From Laetmonice hystrix (Eukaryota), in contig OZ249436.1 of assembly GCA_965235115.1 (NCBI GenBank), positions 35,714,001 through 35,778,000 on the forward strand: a DNA stretch of 64,000 nucleotides, written 5' to 3'. A program made the position numbers and the translations under genes. The notes below the pieces were generated by a model, which searched no databases, was not told the origin of the DNA, and was given only the letters and a program-made list of their open reading frames with translations. Shown here in pieces: positions 27,384 to 41,967 of this stretch (position 1 is the stretch's first letter; every line of letters starts with the position of its first letter).

Positions 27384-28800
27384 CGGGATGATCGAGACTG
27401 GTGCCAGGTCGGATGCCAGCCGAAGGCTTGCGAAGCGACGGTCGATACTGAAATCAGTGGAGATAAAATTTGGAATTTCGCGTGTTAAACCGTATATCAA
27501 GTTAGAGTCCTAGCCTACAAACTGTCAGGCAGGGACATATTTGTGTATCAGCGAACTGGGCAAGGCAAAAGCATAATTATGCTATGGGGCATTTTCGTGA
27601 GAAAGCCTACGCTAAGGGGAAGACGGCGTTTAGTGTTAGTTGCGCGTCTATGCCGCCGATGCAAGGTCCTATTAAAGCGATCCGAAACCTCCACAAGCAA
27701 TAGGGCCCATGGATAACCATGGTATAGTGCCTTTTACCTGCCACCATCTAATTCCCACAAAGTCTGTGTGTTAAAAGTAATCCCCGATAGAAACTGACAG
27801 TTGACCATTTGCCTACTGCGGCCATTTTGCACCAGACACTGCTGTGAGACCTTAAGAAAATGGCGTCCCTAGAGCCTACCCCATTCCCAATCACTGTGTT
27901 GGTCAACCATCTTCACCCAGACTATGTACAATAATGGTTACTGGTGAACTCGGACCATGGTTATCTCGGCCCATGTCGATTACATGACTTCATGTCCCCT
28001 TCATGAGTGCCCTGTCCCAGGCTCCATGCCTCACTCACCCCGACACCCGAGTCAGGTGGTCAAGTCAACAACGGGGCAGCACGGTGCTCCCGACGGGCGT
28101 GCACTGGTGGTTGGACGGGGCCAGACATGCCAATTTGGTCGATCGACAACATAGTGAAAAATCTCTTACTGGGCGCTTAAACGAACAGAAATTCGTCGCA
28201 ATACCCTCCAACGCATGAAATGATGGCTGAAAGCTATTATTTATACGGAGAATTGTCAACTGGGGAATGAAATGTACACTGGTCGGGTCATGGATGGAGT
28301 CTGACACAGTAGTGACAGACTACGCGGCAGTCTACGGCCGGGGACATGGCGTGCACTGGAGCCTCGGGCTACCGTTCAGCACACCCAGGCATATCTTCAC
28401 GAAGTATCAGCACCAAGTCAGTGGTGTGGTTAGACCTGCTGATCGGTCTCCTAGTACTATGACACGGATAATCTTACTCGCAGCTCTCAGTCTAGACTCT
28501 CTGACTACCTTGTATCCTCACCCGATCTGACAGCTGGTCGAAACTCGCGGCTCTGGCGACGTCACACTTCCGGGTGACCTGACTGTTTTTGATTGGCTGA
28601 ATCAATCTCCCATGTGATAATGTGATGTAAAATGGCGCCGAGTTCAATTCTCGGCTAGAGGTAGGGTACTCGTAGTTTAAGGTTGGCATTCTCGTTTATG
28701 TGAAACCTATTGACCTGCATTTATTGCTAATGTTATTCTTTATTGTATAAGGCATATGGGAAGGTATAAGGTAGATGGATTGTTGCATTTAGCTTTAACA

Positions 28801-28890
28801 TTCAAGGTCAACCTCCCACAGTTTCGCCTGGGCCGAGCTCAAGGGGTAGAATGCAGGATGCGTGATGCGTATCCCCTTGACAACTCAAGA
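28801..28890. repeat. Short dispersed hairpin-containing repeat (other copies ~32050-32128, ~46034-46091)
   Basis: ctcaaggggtagaatgcagg.tgcg.gat..ccccttgacaa shared by three loci. Confidence 0.75.
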
Positions 28891-30419
28891 TGCTGGTCCG
28901 GCCGATTGAAAATTTACTGCAGTGGATTGTACCAACTGTTTTAGGTGTTGTGTGCATGATCTATAAACAAGTTTTCACCGTCTCTACATGTTGATAATGA
29001 TCAAACAAGCAACAGGTTCACATAATTTGATGTCACAATACGATTTCGGCTTTTACCATAATGCCGGCGCCCACACGATGAAAACATGTCATAACCATAG
29101 CCACGGCATAGTCCTAGTGCACACCTGTGCGATAGATTACGAATTCAACGGCGACTCTCTTGGAAGAATTTCTTTTAATTGCGGTACAATATGCCAGCGA
29201 CAGCCTTGGTTTGGCCTTCAGCCTTCGACACACAGACAGCATGTAGCCTTATACTTGGTAGGTGCAGAGTCGCTTCTCCCCGAACACATCATGTCTGTGT
29301 GCAATCGGCAGGAATAGAAAGCCAGCGCATTTTGTACATTTAGCACACTTTTCTTCACATTCTGACCATTTTTGAGATCATTCGGAGAAGTTTAAATTGG
29401 AGAAAAAGGGAGAGAACTTTCCGAAGCGAGAAACTGCTCCTCCGCCATTTTGACGAGGGTTAAATTATCTTCGTCCGGTAGTCCACAGTGATAAACATCT
29501 ATGGCACGGTGGGCTTTGGCCACAAATGATAGGCCTATATTTCGGGTTAACTATCCATCATGTCAAATGCAAAGAGAAACCGTTCCACGCAGTTATCACG
29601 CAGGGAATAGCCCACCCAGCCTTCTATGACGGATCCACCACCAGGACAAAGATCAAAGTATAGCCGGGAAAGTTCGGCCATGACAACACAAAGCTGACAT
29701 TTATAGAGAAAGCGACCCACCTGTCAGTATCGGTAAAGCGGCAAAACCAAAGTAGGCCTAATCTATTCTGAAAGAAGAATCCCACTTCCACTACTGTAGG
29801 CCTACATGTGAAGAGGAAGGAGGCTCACCCACATGTATACAAACGTACAATACAGGGGCAGTAACATTGGTCAGAAGATAATGGACCAACCAGTGACATA
29901 GATTCTCACAAAAGACTTGGCAAGAGATACCACCGCAGATCGCACAAGACAAGTGTTGCCAGAAGTTCCCTGCCCTCCCCGGACCCTAGCCAACACGATC
30001 TTCGCCCGGTGAACGCTTAACACCAGAATTTGTTTTGTTTCTGGACACCGCCAACTCCGTTACTGTATTTTTGTTGCTTAAAATTGTTGGAATTTGGTAT
30101 AGATCTTGTTGGAGAAATACGGAGGGTAGGCCTACGGAACTACCTCGTTTGCGTCCATGTTTTCGATGGGCCAATCACAATGCTCACTTCGATTAGCCTT
30201 CACCAGGCTCAATATAGGCCTACGTAGTCAATATAGAGCTGCATGGGGACCAAGCTAACCTAGATCCGTGCATTTGGTGACGAGAGGGACGACCAATAAA
30301 TTAAAATTAGCTTGCTTTTTTGGTTAGCCATGCAATAGGATCATCCCGAGTTGTTGTGGTCGAAGGATTCAATACAGACAGTGGGAGGACAACTTTCCCA
30401 CGGGTACGGCAGAGCTATA

Positions 30420-30812
30420 GGGAGCGTAAGTATGTCACGTCACAATGCGTGAATCGACGAGAAATGCGCTTTGGAGGCCCAAACTGGCGCCAGCCAAATT
30501 CCGGTTCCGTTCATTTAGCATTGGGAGGCCCATTGAAAAAACGTTCTAACTGATAACTCCAAAAATACTGTTCTCTTTGTTATCAAACTGACTATACATC
30601 AGAACCAACATCTCTTATAATAAATGTCAGAAAAAATACATTTCATACTTAAGAAATATTTAATTGTCAAAAGAAAGGCCGATGTTTGGAGAGGTGTACC
30701 CTCGCCCTATGTTAAACCAGTGGGGGATTGTGACGTAACGGAAGTTGCATGTCGCCAGCGGTCTGACCCAGTTAGACCGAACCTCGTTTTCGGTCGCGAG
30801 ACTTACGCTCCC
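30420..30812. mobile_element. MITE with TA|GGGAG...CTCCC|TA termini
   Basis: TIR gggagcgtaagt / acttacgctccc, TA on both sides. Confidence 0.75.
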
Positions 30813-31060
30813 TATATAGGCCTAGGCCGAGACCGACAACTCGCCGCGCAAGCTTGCGAAGCGACGGTCGATGCCCAAATCAATTTGGAATTTCAAGGGA
30901 ATTTTTTTGCACCCCCCTAGTTTGCACACATGTGGTGTGGCGACTGTTTCGCCGCGAAAACCTATCGCTTTCTGTTCAAGAACGGTTGGCAGGTATGCTG
31001 ACTCATTACACTACTGACTCTGTAGGCCCCTACTCTTACCGGTGACAGCAGACACCTTAA

Positions 31061-31588
31061 AGGGAGTCGTAAAATTCATTTTTTTCGATTTATGGCAGTC
31101 TTAGAAACATATGATTCGCATACCTTGGACTCCCAGTAACATCATGTGAGACTGTTATGGCCCAGCGACCAGTATTTAGTAAGGAAAATATGCCAAATCT
31201 CTCGCAAATACGTAGCTCAGAATTAGCGAGCGGCCCACAGGATATTTGAGTTGGCCGCGGTCGGGCGATGATGACGCGTGATCACGTGACTTCCGGGTGT
31301 ACATGCGGTATTTATAGGACAATGCTAGACTAGAGGGAGATTCCCTTCCACACTCGGAAGTCACGTGATCACGCGTGATCATCGCCCGACCGCGGCCAAC
31401 TAAAATATCCTGTGGGCCGTTCGCTAATTCTGAGCTACGTATTTGCGAGAGATTTGGCATATTTTCCTGACTAAATACTGGTCGCTGGGCCATAACAGTC
31501 TCACATGATGTTACTGGGAGTCCAAGGTATGGGAATCTTATGTTTCTAAGACTGCCATAAATCGAAAAAATGAAATTTACGACTCCCT
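31061..31588. mobile_element. Near-perfect foldback MITE with TTAA TSD (Kolobok-like AGG termini)
   Basis: TTAA|agggagtcgtaaa...tttacgactccct|TTAA; ~235-bp arms with few mismatches, ~55-bp spacer. Confidence 0.9.
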
Positions 31589-32175
31589 TTAAGCTTTTTC
31601 TCTCTCTTCACATTGGGGTAGGCCTATGTTAACAAATACAGAGTTTGTGTGCGGCTACCGTTTGCAACCCTCTCTGAAATCGTCGATGAATCTGTCGCCA
31701 TCTTGCTTCGAATTGGTTAGTGGTGACGTCATGGGCAGGTTTCTGGTAAAAGTGGAATCGCAGTGGGACGTGAATAGCGGCACTCTGGCCGGGAATCTGC
31801 GTGGTTCGTTCCGCCTGGCGGCCACATAACAATTCGTGGACAAGTAGGGCAGACAAGCAGACGAAGCCAGGGGGACAATGGCTCTACATTTCAGTTGATT
31901 ATTCCTTTATTAAAGATCAGACCATCACAGGATTGTAGGCCTAGGTAGGAACAAGCTTGTTCATGCTGGACACCCTTATATTGATAGTCTGAACCTTTCC
32001 ACTGCCTTTAATATTCATGAGGTTGACTTCAAGTTCAACCTCCCGTTGACTTCAAGTTCAACCTCCCACGGTTTAGCCTGCGCCTGTCCTCAAGGGGTAG
32101 AATGCAGGATGCGCGATGCCCCTTGACAAACTGCAGATGACCATATACCTGAAGGCCGGTTCATACTTTTTATTT

Positions 32176-32544
32176 CTACCTACGCCGACTCAGCAGCGAC
32201 TGAGAATTTGACGCCGACTGTACGACTGTTGGTAGGCGACCATGCAGTAGGAGTAGTAGGCGTTGGTCGGCGTCAATGATCGCTGAGCGACGAATTTCCA
32301 GTAGTCTACTGATTTTTCTGAAATGGCCATAGTTCATTTCAGCCACTAGTCGCTGGGCGACTGGCCAAACTGGCCAATGGGAATCCAGCATCATGACCCT
32401 TGTCCTTGGCTCCAGCAAGACTCCAAAGAGACTGAGGTAAGGTCAGCGACGACGTCATCGAGGGAGGGAGGTTGTCGGACGACCTCAGTGATTCAAGTCG
32501 CCGACGGTAGGCGACTGCGCCCGCTGGTCAGTCGGCGTAGGTAG
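32176..32544. mobile_element. MITE with 15-bp TIR
   Basis: ctacctacgccgact / agtcggcgtaggtag; internal ggcgac/gtcg motifs. Confidence 0.65.
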
Positions 32545-34685
32545 GCGTCAGGGCCCGTATTCATAAAACTTCTTTATTTACTAAGACCTCTTAAATCTAG
32601 TGCAGTCCACTGAGGTAGGTGGGGTACTTCAGTTGAGATTCATAAACAAGCTTATAGGGGCATATTATGAGAAAACGTGAATCGGTATTTCAAAGAACTT
32701 TTGCTGTTTTCATGAAGAGATCCTTCATTAAAATTGCTTGGTAAACAAAGACAGACTTATCAGTTCCATTTTGCGTGCACGTGACACGCAGAACCCTCGC
32801 GCGTCCTCAGACGGTTTGTTTTGTTCAAAGCGATTCACATGGCTGACGAACGGGACATGGAGACGGCGAGTAAGCGCCGAACATTTCGCAGTACGTTTAG
32901 TTTTATCAGTCAGGAAATTGTGTGACACTCGATCGTGGTGGAAGGAGTCGGGAAACAATGGCGGCTCTGGGACCTATCGAGCGTGTTCCGCGTATCGCAC
33001 ACCCCCTCCCCCACTGACTGGAGTCGATGTAGTGCCCACTCGAGGTGCCGCCGCTCACAATGTCCAGCTCGCCAACGACCCCCTTGCCTTGGTTTCCGAG
33101 ATTGACTTGCTGTCTTTTCCAACTTCTGTAGGCCTATCTTTCTTTCCTTGGCCGCTTCTCTACCGTTTCCGTAAAATATTTTTGGGTGGCATTCTGATGC
33201 CGAACGATTGAGTGCAACGGCTGAATTGTTTACAACTAAGCGAAACACGTGACTAAGCACATGCAGAGAGTGCACACACAGGATGTGACGTAGTACGCAA
33301 TTATACACGGGTTGATGGGAGGTTGTCTACCAATTTATGGCGGGACATGTGCCATCGGGAGAAATCTATACGTTTTGTCCGATGGAACTAACTCGTGCTG
33401 CATACCCAGCGAAAACAGGTCGGAGGACAAAATGCTGTGGTAGGATTATTTACTTAGATAGTAGGCCTACACGGTCCTGTTGGATATTTGCGGAAATCCT
33501 CCAAAACGTGTTTCTTAGCACGGGCCTTTAAGTGCCCCACTTGTTCAGTACCCCGCGCAAAGCCAGGGGAAGCGTCTCAAGTAGCCTTCTTATGTCAAAT
33601 TTCCTTGTGGTTTCAGTAAATTTCCTGGAGTTGGGTATAACCTGCCAAGGACAAGGCGTGCACGTCTTGTAATAATATCCAACTATGCTGTGTGAATTAT
33701 CATTTGTTTCTAATAATTTTAAAATATTGTCCATGGTGACGCAACTTAACCCTCATATTGAAAGGGTTAATGAGTTACAATAATGGTACACAAAACGAAA
33801 TTAAAATGAAGTGGCGTTTCATGTTAGCAAAATGACCACAACATAGTACAATTCCGTACACGAACAACGATTAATCACAATCTTTATCACCCCAGCATGG
33901 TAATCCAAGGCGAAAAGTCTCTATTGACAGGATACGATACAATAGCTCATTTTGCCTCTCTTAGATCTATATGTACAATACAGTGATTTACTGTTTTGTT
34001 ACAGACGGAGACCCTGTACCTCAGCCTCTTTCGCTTCTCTCACAGAAGATAAGGTCAATACTGGGTGAGGATGACCCAACAATGAGAGAATTTCAGTGAT
34101 ATGATCAACCTGCCTAAATTTAAGACAGCCTCGGAGGTCATTTTAGGTGGTTTGCACAACATAAGTAGCATATTATTTATTCGGAGTCCCTAATTTAAGT
34201 GGGTACTTAAAACCCGGTCTGTTTTGTCTTAAAGCGGCATTGTTGGTATCTTTGAGAATAAAACACTGGGAGACCTGAAATAAGACGTTTTATGTGTCAA
34301 GAAAGATAGCAATTAACACTTGGAATTTTATTTTAATGTCATTAAACTAGGGCCTTATCAAAATTTCAGCATCATCCACGTGTATAAGAACAGAGCTGTC
34401 TCATGGAACACAAGAAGAATACACACATCTCTGGTCACCATTCTCGAGACATCATAATATTTCAATGATTCTATCACCACATACAAACATTTCTTATGTA
34501 GATTCTCTAATAGCGGGTACATCATTTTAATCTGGGTACCTTTGGCAACGATCCAAATCTCTTCTCTACATTCATAATTTTTACAAGGTTTTGCAAACAA
34601 ATATACTAACTTTATGTATATTTCACATCACATACTGCTAAGGTTTTCAAGTGCAAGACGTTTACGCTTTAGATGAAGTTCCCGA

Positions 34686-37600
34686 TTACTGATTCGGTTG
34701 CTGGCTGTAGCCAGGCGGTTTCGTTTGCGGCGTGTATGCTGGCGGCACCTGGTGGTAGACAATGAATGCATTATTATCAGGCCTCGATACAAAATGTCGG
34801 CCCTAATTGTTTCACACCCCTTTTACACTCCTCGCCATATCTATTCTTACTTATCCAATGGCATGCCCCGACATAAGACACTAACGTCCCCTCTATTTTA
34901 GGGAAGTTAAATAACTAGCCTTAAAAACGGAAGATATTTTATACAGACCACTGTGTGTCCTGCTGGCGCACTCGACACAGGGCCCCCGGAGGGGTATACT
35001 CCGTAGACCACGTGGGTTCCTCCGTCAGTGGTGGTCACGGCACCATAGGCAGGACGGCCCCGGCCGTTACAGACCGGGCCGCCGTAGTACGTGTCGGTTG
35101 GACCCCGGACCAGGATGTACTCGGGCCGTTGGCGCCGTCGTCGTCGGCACCAAAAGCCGCAGCTGATGAGTAATGTGAAGAGAACTACCCATAACATCCA
35201 AAACCCTGCAACAACAGCGAATCAAGGGTTCACACAGATCTAGAACTTGTGATATCTCGAAGTTTTCCTTTGCCAAATTTGATGCCTCAAGTTTTTTTTC
35301 CATATAGTCACGCAGTGTAGTCTTGTAGTAGTCTATGCGAAAAGTTTTCAGACACGTCAGACAAAATGTCATTCGTTGAAAAGCTTGTTGGTTTTTTGTC
35401 CTGCATGTAATAGGCCTAGGATTTCCTATTAAATCCACCCTGCCCTCCCCAGCCCTATTATAATGACTCGACCGTGTGGGTGTTTGGGTGGGTGGGTGCG
35501 GGGGGGGGGGCAGTTCGGCCGGGAACCTGCCGGCCTCCCAACCCATGCCTTATAGGGGACGGCCACTATAGATATTGCAAAATTGTATTTATTTCAGGTG
35601 ACTCATTATTTATTTCCAGATAGGGCCTACTAATAACACATTATTTATTTCGGGCATGGCCAGGGAGAATAAATTTATTTCACCAATTTTCCACCCAAAA
35701 TTATTTATTTCCAAAAATGCCCAGCCCCCCGCCCCCCCCCCCCTCCTAACTAATGGTCACTCCCTTAGATCCTGTTCGGTCTAAGAAGAGCTCGACCTCG
35801 GCCTCATTAAAGCTCTGACCTGCCCCCCTCCTCCTGTCTACCCACAGCTGGCGTATCACAAGTCATCACCGCCTGTCATTCAAGAATATGACCAAATTCC
35901 ACGTGGTTCTGTATTACCCCAAATGAAGTAATAGCTTTAATGAGGCCGAGGTGGAGCTCTTCTTAGAGTGAACAGACTATATACCATAGCCAGCTGCAGG
36001 ACACAGATGTCAAATTGGCAGGTGTGAAAGGAATGTAATTCGACCGACTTTTTCCACTTGGTGGTATAACACATATTAACTAAGAATATAGGCCTATATA
36101 TAACTATATATGCTAAGACAGGATTAGGTTTATAAAGATATATTGATATAAGATAACATCAAGCAGGCCCGTTGGACCTAAAGTTCGGCGATTGCAGGTC
36201 CATATACGATAGACACTGCAGATTTACGTTGACGATTTCCGGTGGTCCGGCGTGTTTCAGCTTAGCTTACATAGGATCTATACACTGGACAAATGTAGAA
36301 AATGATGCCTCCTCCGTTGTGCCAGAAGACAAGGGGGTTGCAGCACTACTGTGAAAAGTCTCTACCGGAAGTGGTCTATTTGACTGTACATATATCATTG
36401 TATCCTTATTTACTGTTATAAAATGGCTGGCGTGCACTATTCTGAACCCGCAACGTCGCAAACGAAAACACATGATGAAACGTATATCGCCCCCCGGACA
36501 GAGCATACGTATAATGCCTTTCACGCCTCGGAGGCCCCCGGCTGGGCCTCCTCGGCCGTCGTGCCCTATCTCACCGCCAACACTATTCCTTAAATACAAT
36601 GACTTATTTTCACACCTGGTTCACCTTATCAGGCAACAATGTCACTGCTATCATGATATCATGTCCAGTATGCACGCACACGAGTTCCTTTGACTTCCTC
36701 AAATTCATTCTCCCTGAAATGCGAGTCCAATGCCCACTTTTAATATGAGTATAGACTCTCTTCAATGGATCCTTCCTGAGTTTTCTCCTCAAAGGTTTCA
36801 ACCTTTGAAACCTTTTTCAACCTTTCAACCTTTTTCACAACGGCAGTTTTCCATTTTCACGACTTCGGCTATGGGAAATGCAATGATGTTCACAGTCCGC
36901 ATTATTAGGTTCCTTATGAGGCCTTACTGACGTCAGAATACTAATTTGAAGCTTTTACAGGACACAGAAGTGTTTGCTGCCGTTTTCGTGACCTGAATTA
37001 TCATACTAATCGTTCCTGACCCTCTCCTTATCAGCGAAAAGCCTGACATTTAGCTACCGGTAGTCTACATATCCGCACAAGAGCCTTGGTGAAAGGACAC
37101 ATCCAGAGGGGTGGGGGTATAAAAATGAAAGGAGTACGCTGATAATTCAAAGTTAAAGCACTGTTATCTGATTTAATCATTGTATTGTGGTGCTTGTTTC
37201 CCTTGTTATCAAAACTGTATTTAGCCATGGATAACCCCCAATTTTATCTTCAAATGCACAGTAGAATATATATTTCAGCCGTCCCGTCAACAACATGTTC
37301 TGTGGGTAGAAATGTTATATTGCTGTTGCAGATAAGAGGTTCCAACTGTGCACTGTTATGATTAGCTTACCGTAAATATTTTTTAAAATAACATGTAGGA
37401 CTAGGACTTACACCAGAGACTCCAGACTTCATAGCAGCATCCATTACCACAACAATAGGCGCCTGCCCCTGCAAGGATAATGGATCTTGATGATCTGCTG
37501 TAAAAAAAAGTTACTCTATAAAAATTGTTTAGCATACCTGGAAAATATTAACCTTTATGCACCCGCATTAATTATTACGCTATTACGCTAACAGTCTGCA

Positions 37601-38661
37601 TCATTTTAAGTACACTTACCCACACAGCCCGCATTCTTTTAAGGAATCCCCCCAAATTAAGGTATGCTATTTCAACCCTCTGTCTGAACTCGCAATATTC
37701 CATGCTTGTACTGTGACGTCATATTGTGATCTTGCAAATCTTCGAACCTGGGCTGTGATGCAATATTAGCGAACTGGCAAATTTGTGAGATGCCCTTCGC
37801 ATTGCTGCTCAATGCATAGGCCTACATTTTGCAGCGTAAAGTTAATCCCAGAAGCCACATACCAAAACTTCCATACACTATCTGTGCAATAACGGTTTTC
37901 CCAGTGCAACGTAATATGTAGGCCTAGAGGGGACTTTATTGATTGAAAAAAGCATACTAGCTTACCATAACATAACCAGGATCCGCATCGTAGAGCCTAG
38001 AGTGAAGAAACGGACATAATGTGTACATAAATTTAGTTGTTTTATAAGGTAGGCCTAAATAGTTAAAATTATAAGTTTCTTGATAATTGTAATAGATCTA
38101 TACAGCAAACGATAAACTGTAGGCCTATGTACACGCTCGGACTGTGGGGAGTTACCTGCAGTATCTAATATACTATAAAACCTAGGCCTAATTAATTTTG
38201 GTTTATCATTAATGTCGGTTCTATAGTTTAGCACAGTACTGCAGTAGGCCTACTGTAGTTGAAGTTTCCGCTATATATTTGTGTACAGGTATAGATCTAT
38301 GGCACATTAGACATAGGCTAATATCTATCAAGAATTGATTGTCTCCCTCGACCTCGTGTAGCCGTCCACAGCGCACCGGGTCACGGGTTAAGTTTAACCC
38401 AGGAAGCTCAGCCAGTTCTGACTCAACTAAACAACTTAATTCATATCATCATGGCTTGGCCAGTGAAGTAGGTAGGCCTACGTGATCACTGCCTTTGTGT
38501 GTCAACTTTCAAGAAAGCGTATTTTGTCAAACACCTAAACCCAAGGGTTATAAGCTGTTGAATTGTACATGTATTGTCAGTAGGCCTATACTCACGTTGG
38601 TCACTTCAAAAAGCGCAAAAAGTACACATATCGCGAATCCCTGGTCTTGTCGCCTCGCCAT
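34686..38661 (-). CDS. WBP1/VOPP1-like single-pass membrane protein with PPxY motifs, 5 exons, ~157 aa
   Basis: Exons 38661-38596, 37996-37966, 37468-37412, 35205-34949, 34748-34686 splice in frame (GT-AG): MARRQDQGFAICVLFALFEVTN|ALRCGSWLCYG|AGAYCCGNGCCYEVWSLW|WFWMLWVVLFTLLISCGFWCRRRRR...|VPPAYTPQTKPPGYSQQPNQ*; signal peptide, Cys-rich ectodomain, WWFW TM, poly-Arg stop-transfer, PPAY/PPGY. Confidence 0.85.
35773..35974. repeat. Short inverted repeat, ~40-bp arms (MITE-like)
   Basis: tgttcggtctaagaagagctcgacctcggcctcattaaagct / agctttaatgaggccgaggtggagctcttcttagagtgaaca. Confidence 0.7.
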
Positions 38662-38952
38662 TTTGTATGTCAACAAGCAGAGTCACATGATCCAGTACCA
38701 AACCCACGTGGTTAGACAAAATTGGTCCATAGGTCATGGTCTGCTTCGGGTCAGCACTCGAGAAGCAGCGTCGGTGTTCCGAGTGCACTCGATTGGTAGC
38801 GCTTGTATCAGGTCACGGAGCAGGTGCAGTGGCGAAAGGAATGGAACTGTCCTGTCTGCTGACCACCGAACCACGTCATAATTAGGCCATATTTAACGGT
38901 GCCAGTGCATAGTTGACACACCCAAACAGTTTCAGTTTTTCATAGGCCTACG

Positions 38953-39415
38953 CGATACTTTGTTACTAGCAGTTTTTAAAAGTACCAAAAACATACACAA
39001 ACACTTTCACATGTGTGATACTGTGTTACTAGCAGTTTTCAAAAGTACCAACATACACATACACTTTCACATTATGTGATACTTTGTTAGGCGTACTAGC
39101 AGTTTTTAAAAGTACCAAAAACATACACAAACACTTTCACATGTGTGATACTGTGTTACTAGCAGTTTTCAAAAGTACCAGTATACACATACACTTTCAC
39201 ATTATGTGATACTTTGTTAGGCCTACTAGCAGTTTTTAAAAGTACCACAATAGAGTCTACACATAAACAATTTCACATATGTGATATTTTGTTATTAGCA
39301 GTTTTCAAAAGTACTACCATACACATAAACACTTTTACATATGTGATACTTTGTTACTAGCAGTTTTTAAAAGTACCACCATACACATAAACACTTTTAC
39401 ATAATGTGATACTTT
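38953..39415. repeat. Minisatellite, ~57-64-bp unit, upstream of the WBP1-like gene
   Basis: About 8 tandem copies of gtgatactttgttactagcagtttt.aaaagtacc...catacaca.acactttcacat. Confidence 0.95.
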
Positions 39416-40074
39416 ACGAGCTTTGAAAAAATAAAGTGCAAATCATGCATTCTCTTGCCTTCACAGGCAATTCCTTGCCTTCTCAGTTAATTCCTTCTTT
39501 CTCGGATTTCTTGTGAAGCGAAGGAACTGTCTGAGAAGGCAAGGAAGGCCACAAATGCCAGTGTGAAGGCCTGCTGGAATTCCACTGTGAAGCGAAGGAA
39601 TTGTCTGTGAAGACAAGGAATTCTACTGTGAAGCGAAGGAGCCACTGTAGTCTACGGCGGTGCATAGGTAGGCTGCTGTTGAAGGAATCCCGGCCACCGT
39701 AAACTTGTTTGAGTGACCCCTGACCTGACCTAGAAATCCCCGGCTCGAATCATGGCTGCTCGACCGCTGTTTCCTGGTAGCTGAGGCACTCTTGTTTACA
39801 TTTTAGGCGCCAATTCTCAAAATATGATGCGACACAAACATCCAAATCTTCGGAGAAATCATCTGCAGAAGTACCTATATAGGCTAGTCCAAAACACCTG
39901 AAGTATTTCGAATCGTCCCGAAATTGCCCCGCCTGAGTTGCGACCAGCTGCTTTCCGTCCGCAAATGTAGTTCCTAATACATGTATTTGATCAGGTATTT
40001 CTCTTGTACTTAAATTTTACAGATACCATAGATGTACAGCACGGCCGACTTTGACAAAACGGGGTTAAACGCTA

Positions 40075-41225
40075 AGGGCCCAAACACACTGGGCGTGCGC
40101 GTGCACGCACACGCACCGCCATGCACGCGCGTGCACGCGCACGCCAATAATTCCCAATGCAATTCCGATATGACCAAACACACTAGGCGTGCGCGTCACC
40201 TTGCGTCGCGTCGCCTAGCGTCGCGTCGCGTCCAAACAATCCCCAAGCATTCGGGACTCCCTCGGGCATATGACGTCACTTCCTGCTATTCGAATATACC
40301 CTCGGGTGGAATAGCGGCCATGTTTGGCAACCAGATACACCGCCAAATGGAGGTGTGTAGCGAGGCACTGAGTGAACCGTCATATCCCATCGAGCCAGGA
40401 AGTAGTGCATTATTGACACCCGCTCCTTCGGCGTTGTATGTGCAAATATAAATTTCTGGTATGAAGGGGAACGTTTGAAGAAGAAAAATGAATCACCCAA
40501 TTTACCTAAATGGGCGTCAATACGGTAATTTATTAAATTCTGGGAAGCAATATGGCCGCGCCCATGTACGACACGCGTACGACACTGGCCCGACACATGG
40601 TAGGACTACTTGTAATCATGTTGTAATTTAAGTTGTATCATGACATGATACTATTGTAATATTGCCCACTGACTTCGGGGAAAGCATTGTAGGCCTATTT
40701 TAGTTGCTTCCATGCCTGATGCAGACAAAATACTGCAAGCACTGCCATGCTGTCGAGAGTCCCGGCTAAATGTACCCGAGATGCAATGCTCAAAATGGCA
40801 CCTGTTTCACCCGAGGCTACTTTCGAAGATATGGCCGAGGATTCCCGAATGAATCCCCAAGCAATTGTTTGCACGCCACGCAACGCTTCACCGCCATTTC
40901 TTGTCCAATCAGATTGCAGCATTTTGACCTACATTTTTTAGTAGGCCTAATTGACCCTTTATCAGCTTAAATTGTCTGTGTCATCTTTTCAACATGTCAT
41001 AGTTAGAAGAGTTAGTAGGCCTAAATGGAACCATCTCTACTATTCTTTTCTATACTATTCTATTCTATTCACGTCACTCAGGTTGTGATGGAAACCTGCG
41101 ACAAGCGTGCAGTAACACGCTTTCCGCCAGTACAGTGTGTTTGGTCCCACGCGCGTGCACGCGCGTGCATACACGCGCGTGCACGCGACGCTCGGCGACG
41201 TGCACGCCCAGTGTGTTTGGGCCCT
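40075..41225. mobile_element. Harbinger-like MITE carrying a nested MULE-like MITE
   Basis: TIR agggcccaaacacactgggcgtgc / gcacgcccagtgtgtttgggccct; CpG-rich subterminal gcgcgtgcac repeats. Confidence 0.85.
40248..40851. mobile_element. MULE-like MITE, copy 3, 10-bp TSD
   Basis: TIR cattcgggactccctcgg / ccgaggattcccgaatg; TSD aatccccaag at 40238-40247 and 40852-40861. Confidence 0.9.
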
Positions 41226-41967
41226 TAGGGGCCGATTTCGCCCATAAAAAAGGCACGTGTGGCAATGGGGCACTATGCGAAGCAAACCCCTTTGCATTAT
41301 GGGAGATTGTATCTGACTGTGTGGCTGGGGCCGTTAGGGTCTTGATGATCAAGACCGCTGTTGAAGCAGTTGTAGGCTATAGACTTTCACAGACAAGTCA
41401 AACGCACGGTCGTTTAATAGGCCTATGTATGTTTATTATATGGGAAAGTGGTTGTGATAATGCATGTGATAATGGTGACATTCGTTGACGTGAGCGGCTT
41501 TGCAACTGGGCTAATAAAAACCTAATAAAAACCGATATCGCACTGATTTTACGGTCTACTTTTTGCTACCGCACCATATGGCCCCGTACACAAAAATAAA
41601 ATAGTTCCAAGGTTCTTTAATATTTGTGAATTGTCTGTATTCCTTTCTACTTCCCCATGCATGCGGTTCCCGAGTACATGTGAAAGATAATGTCTACCTA
41701 GTCAAGAAAGACTTATATTTGACATAATTGGCTCAGAGTATCCTAGTAACGGCTGATAGGCCTAGGGATATTTAGGCCTATGTCCTAAAAAATCCTGGAT
41801 CTACTAATGCTCTGCCATAGATCGTATACACATATGGACAGCTTATAAGTAGAGTCTAAAGAGGAAACCAAGAAGGACATAGGCCTAATAATGTGAAATA
41901 GAATAATGGGTTTTAATGGGGCCACATACCTTATTGTTGGGTCAAACTTTGGGGGTTTGGCCATTTT

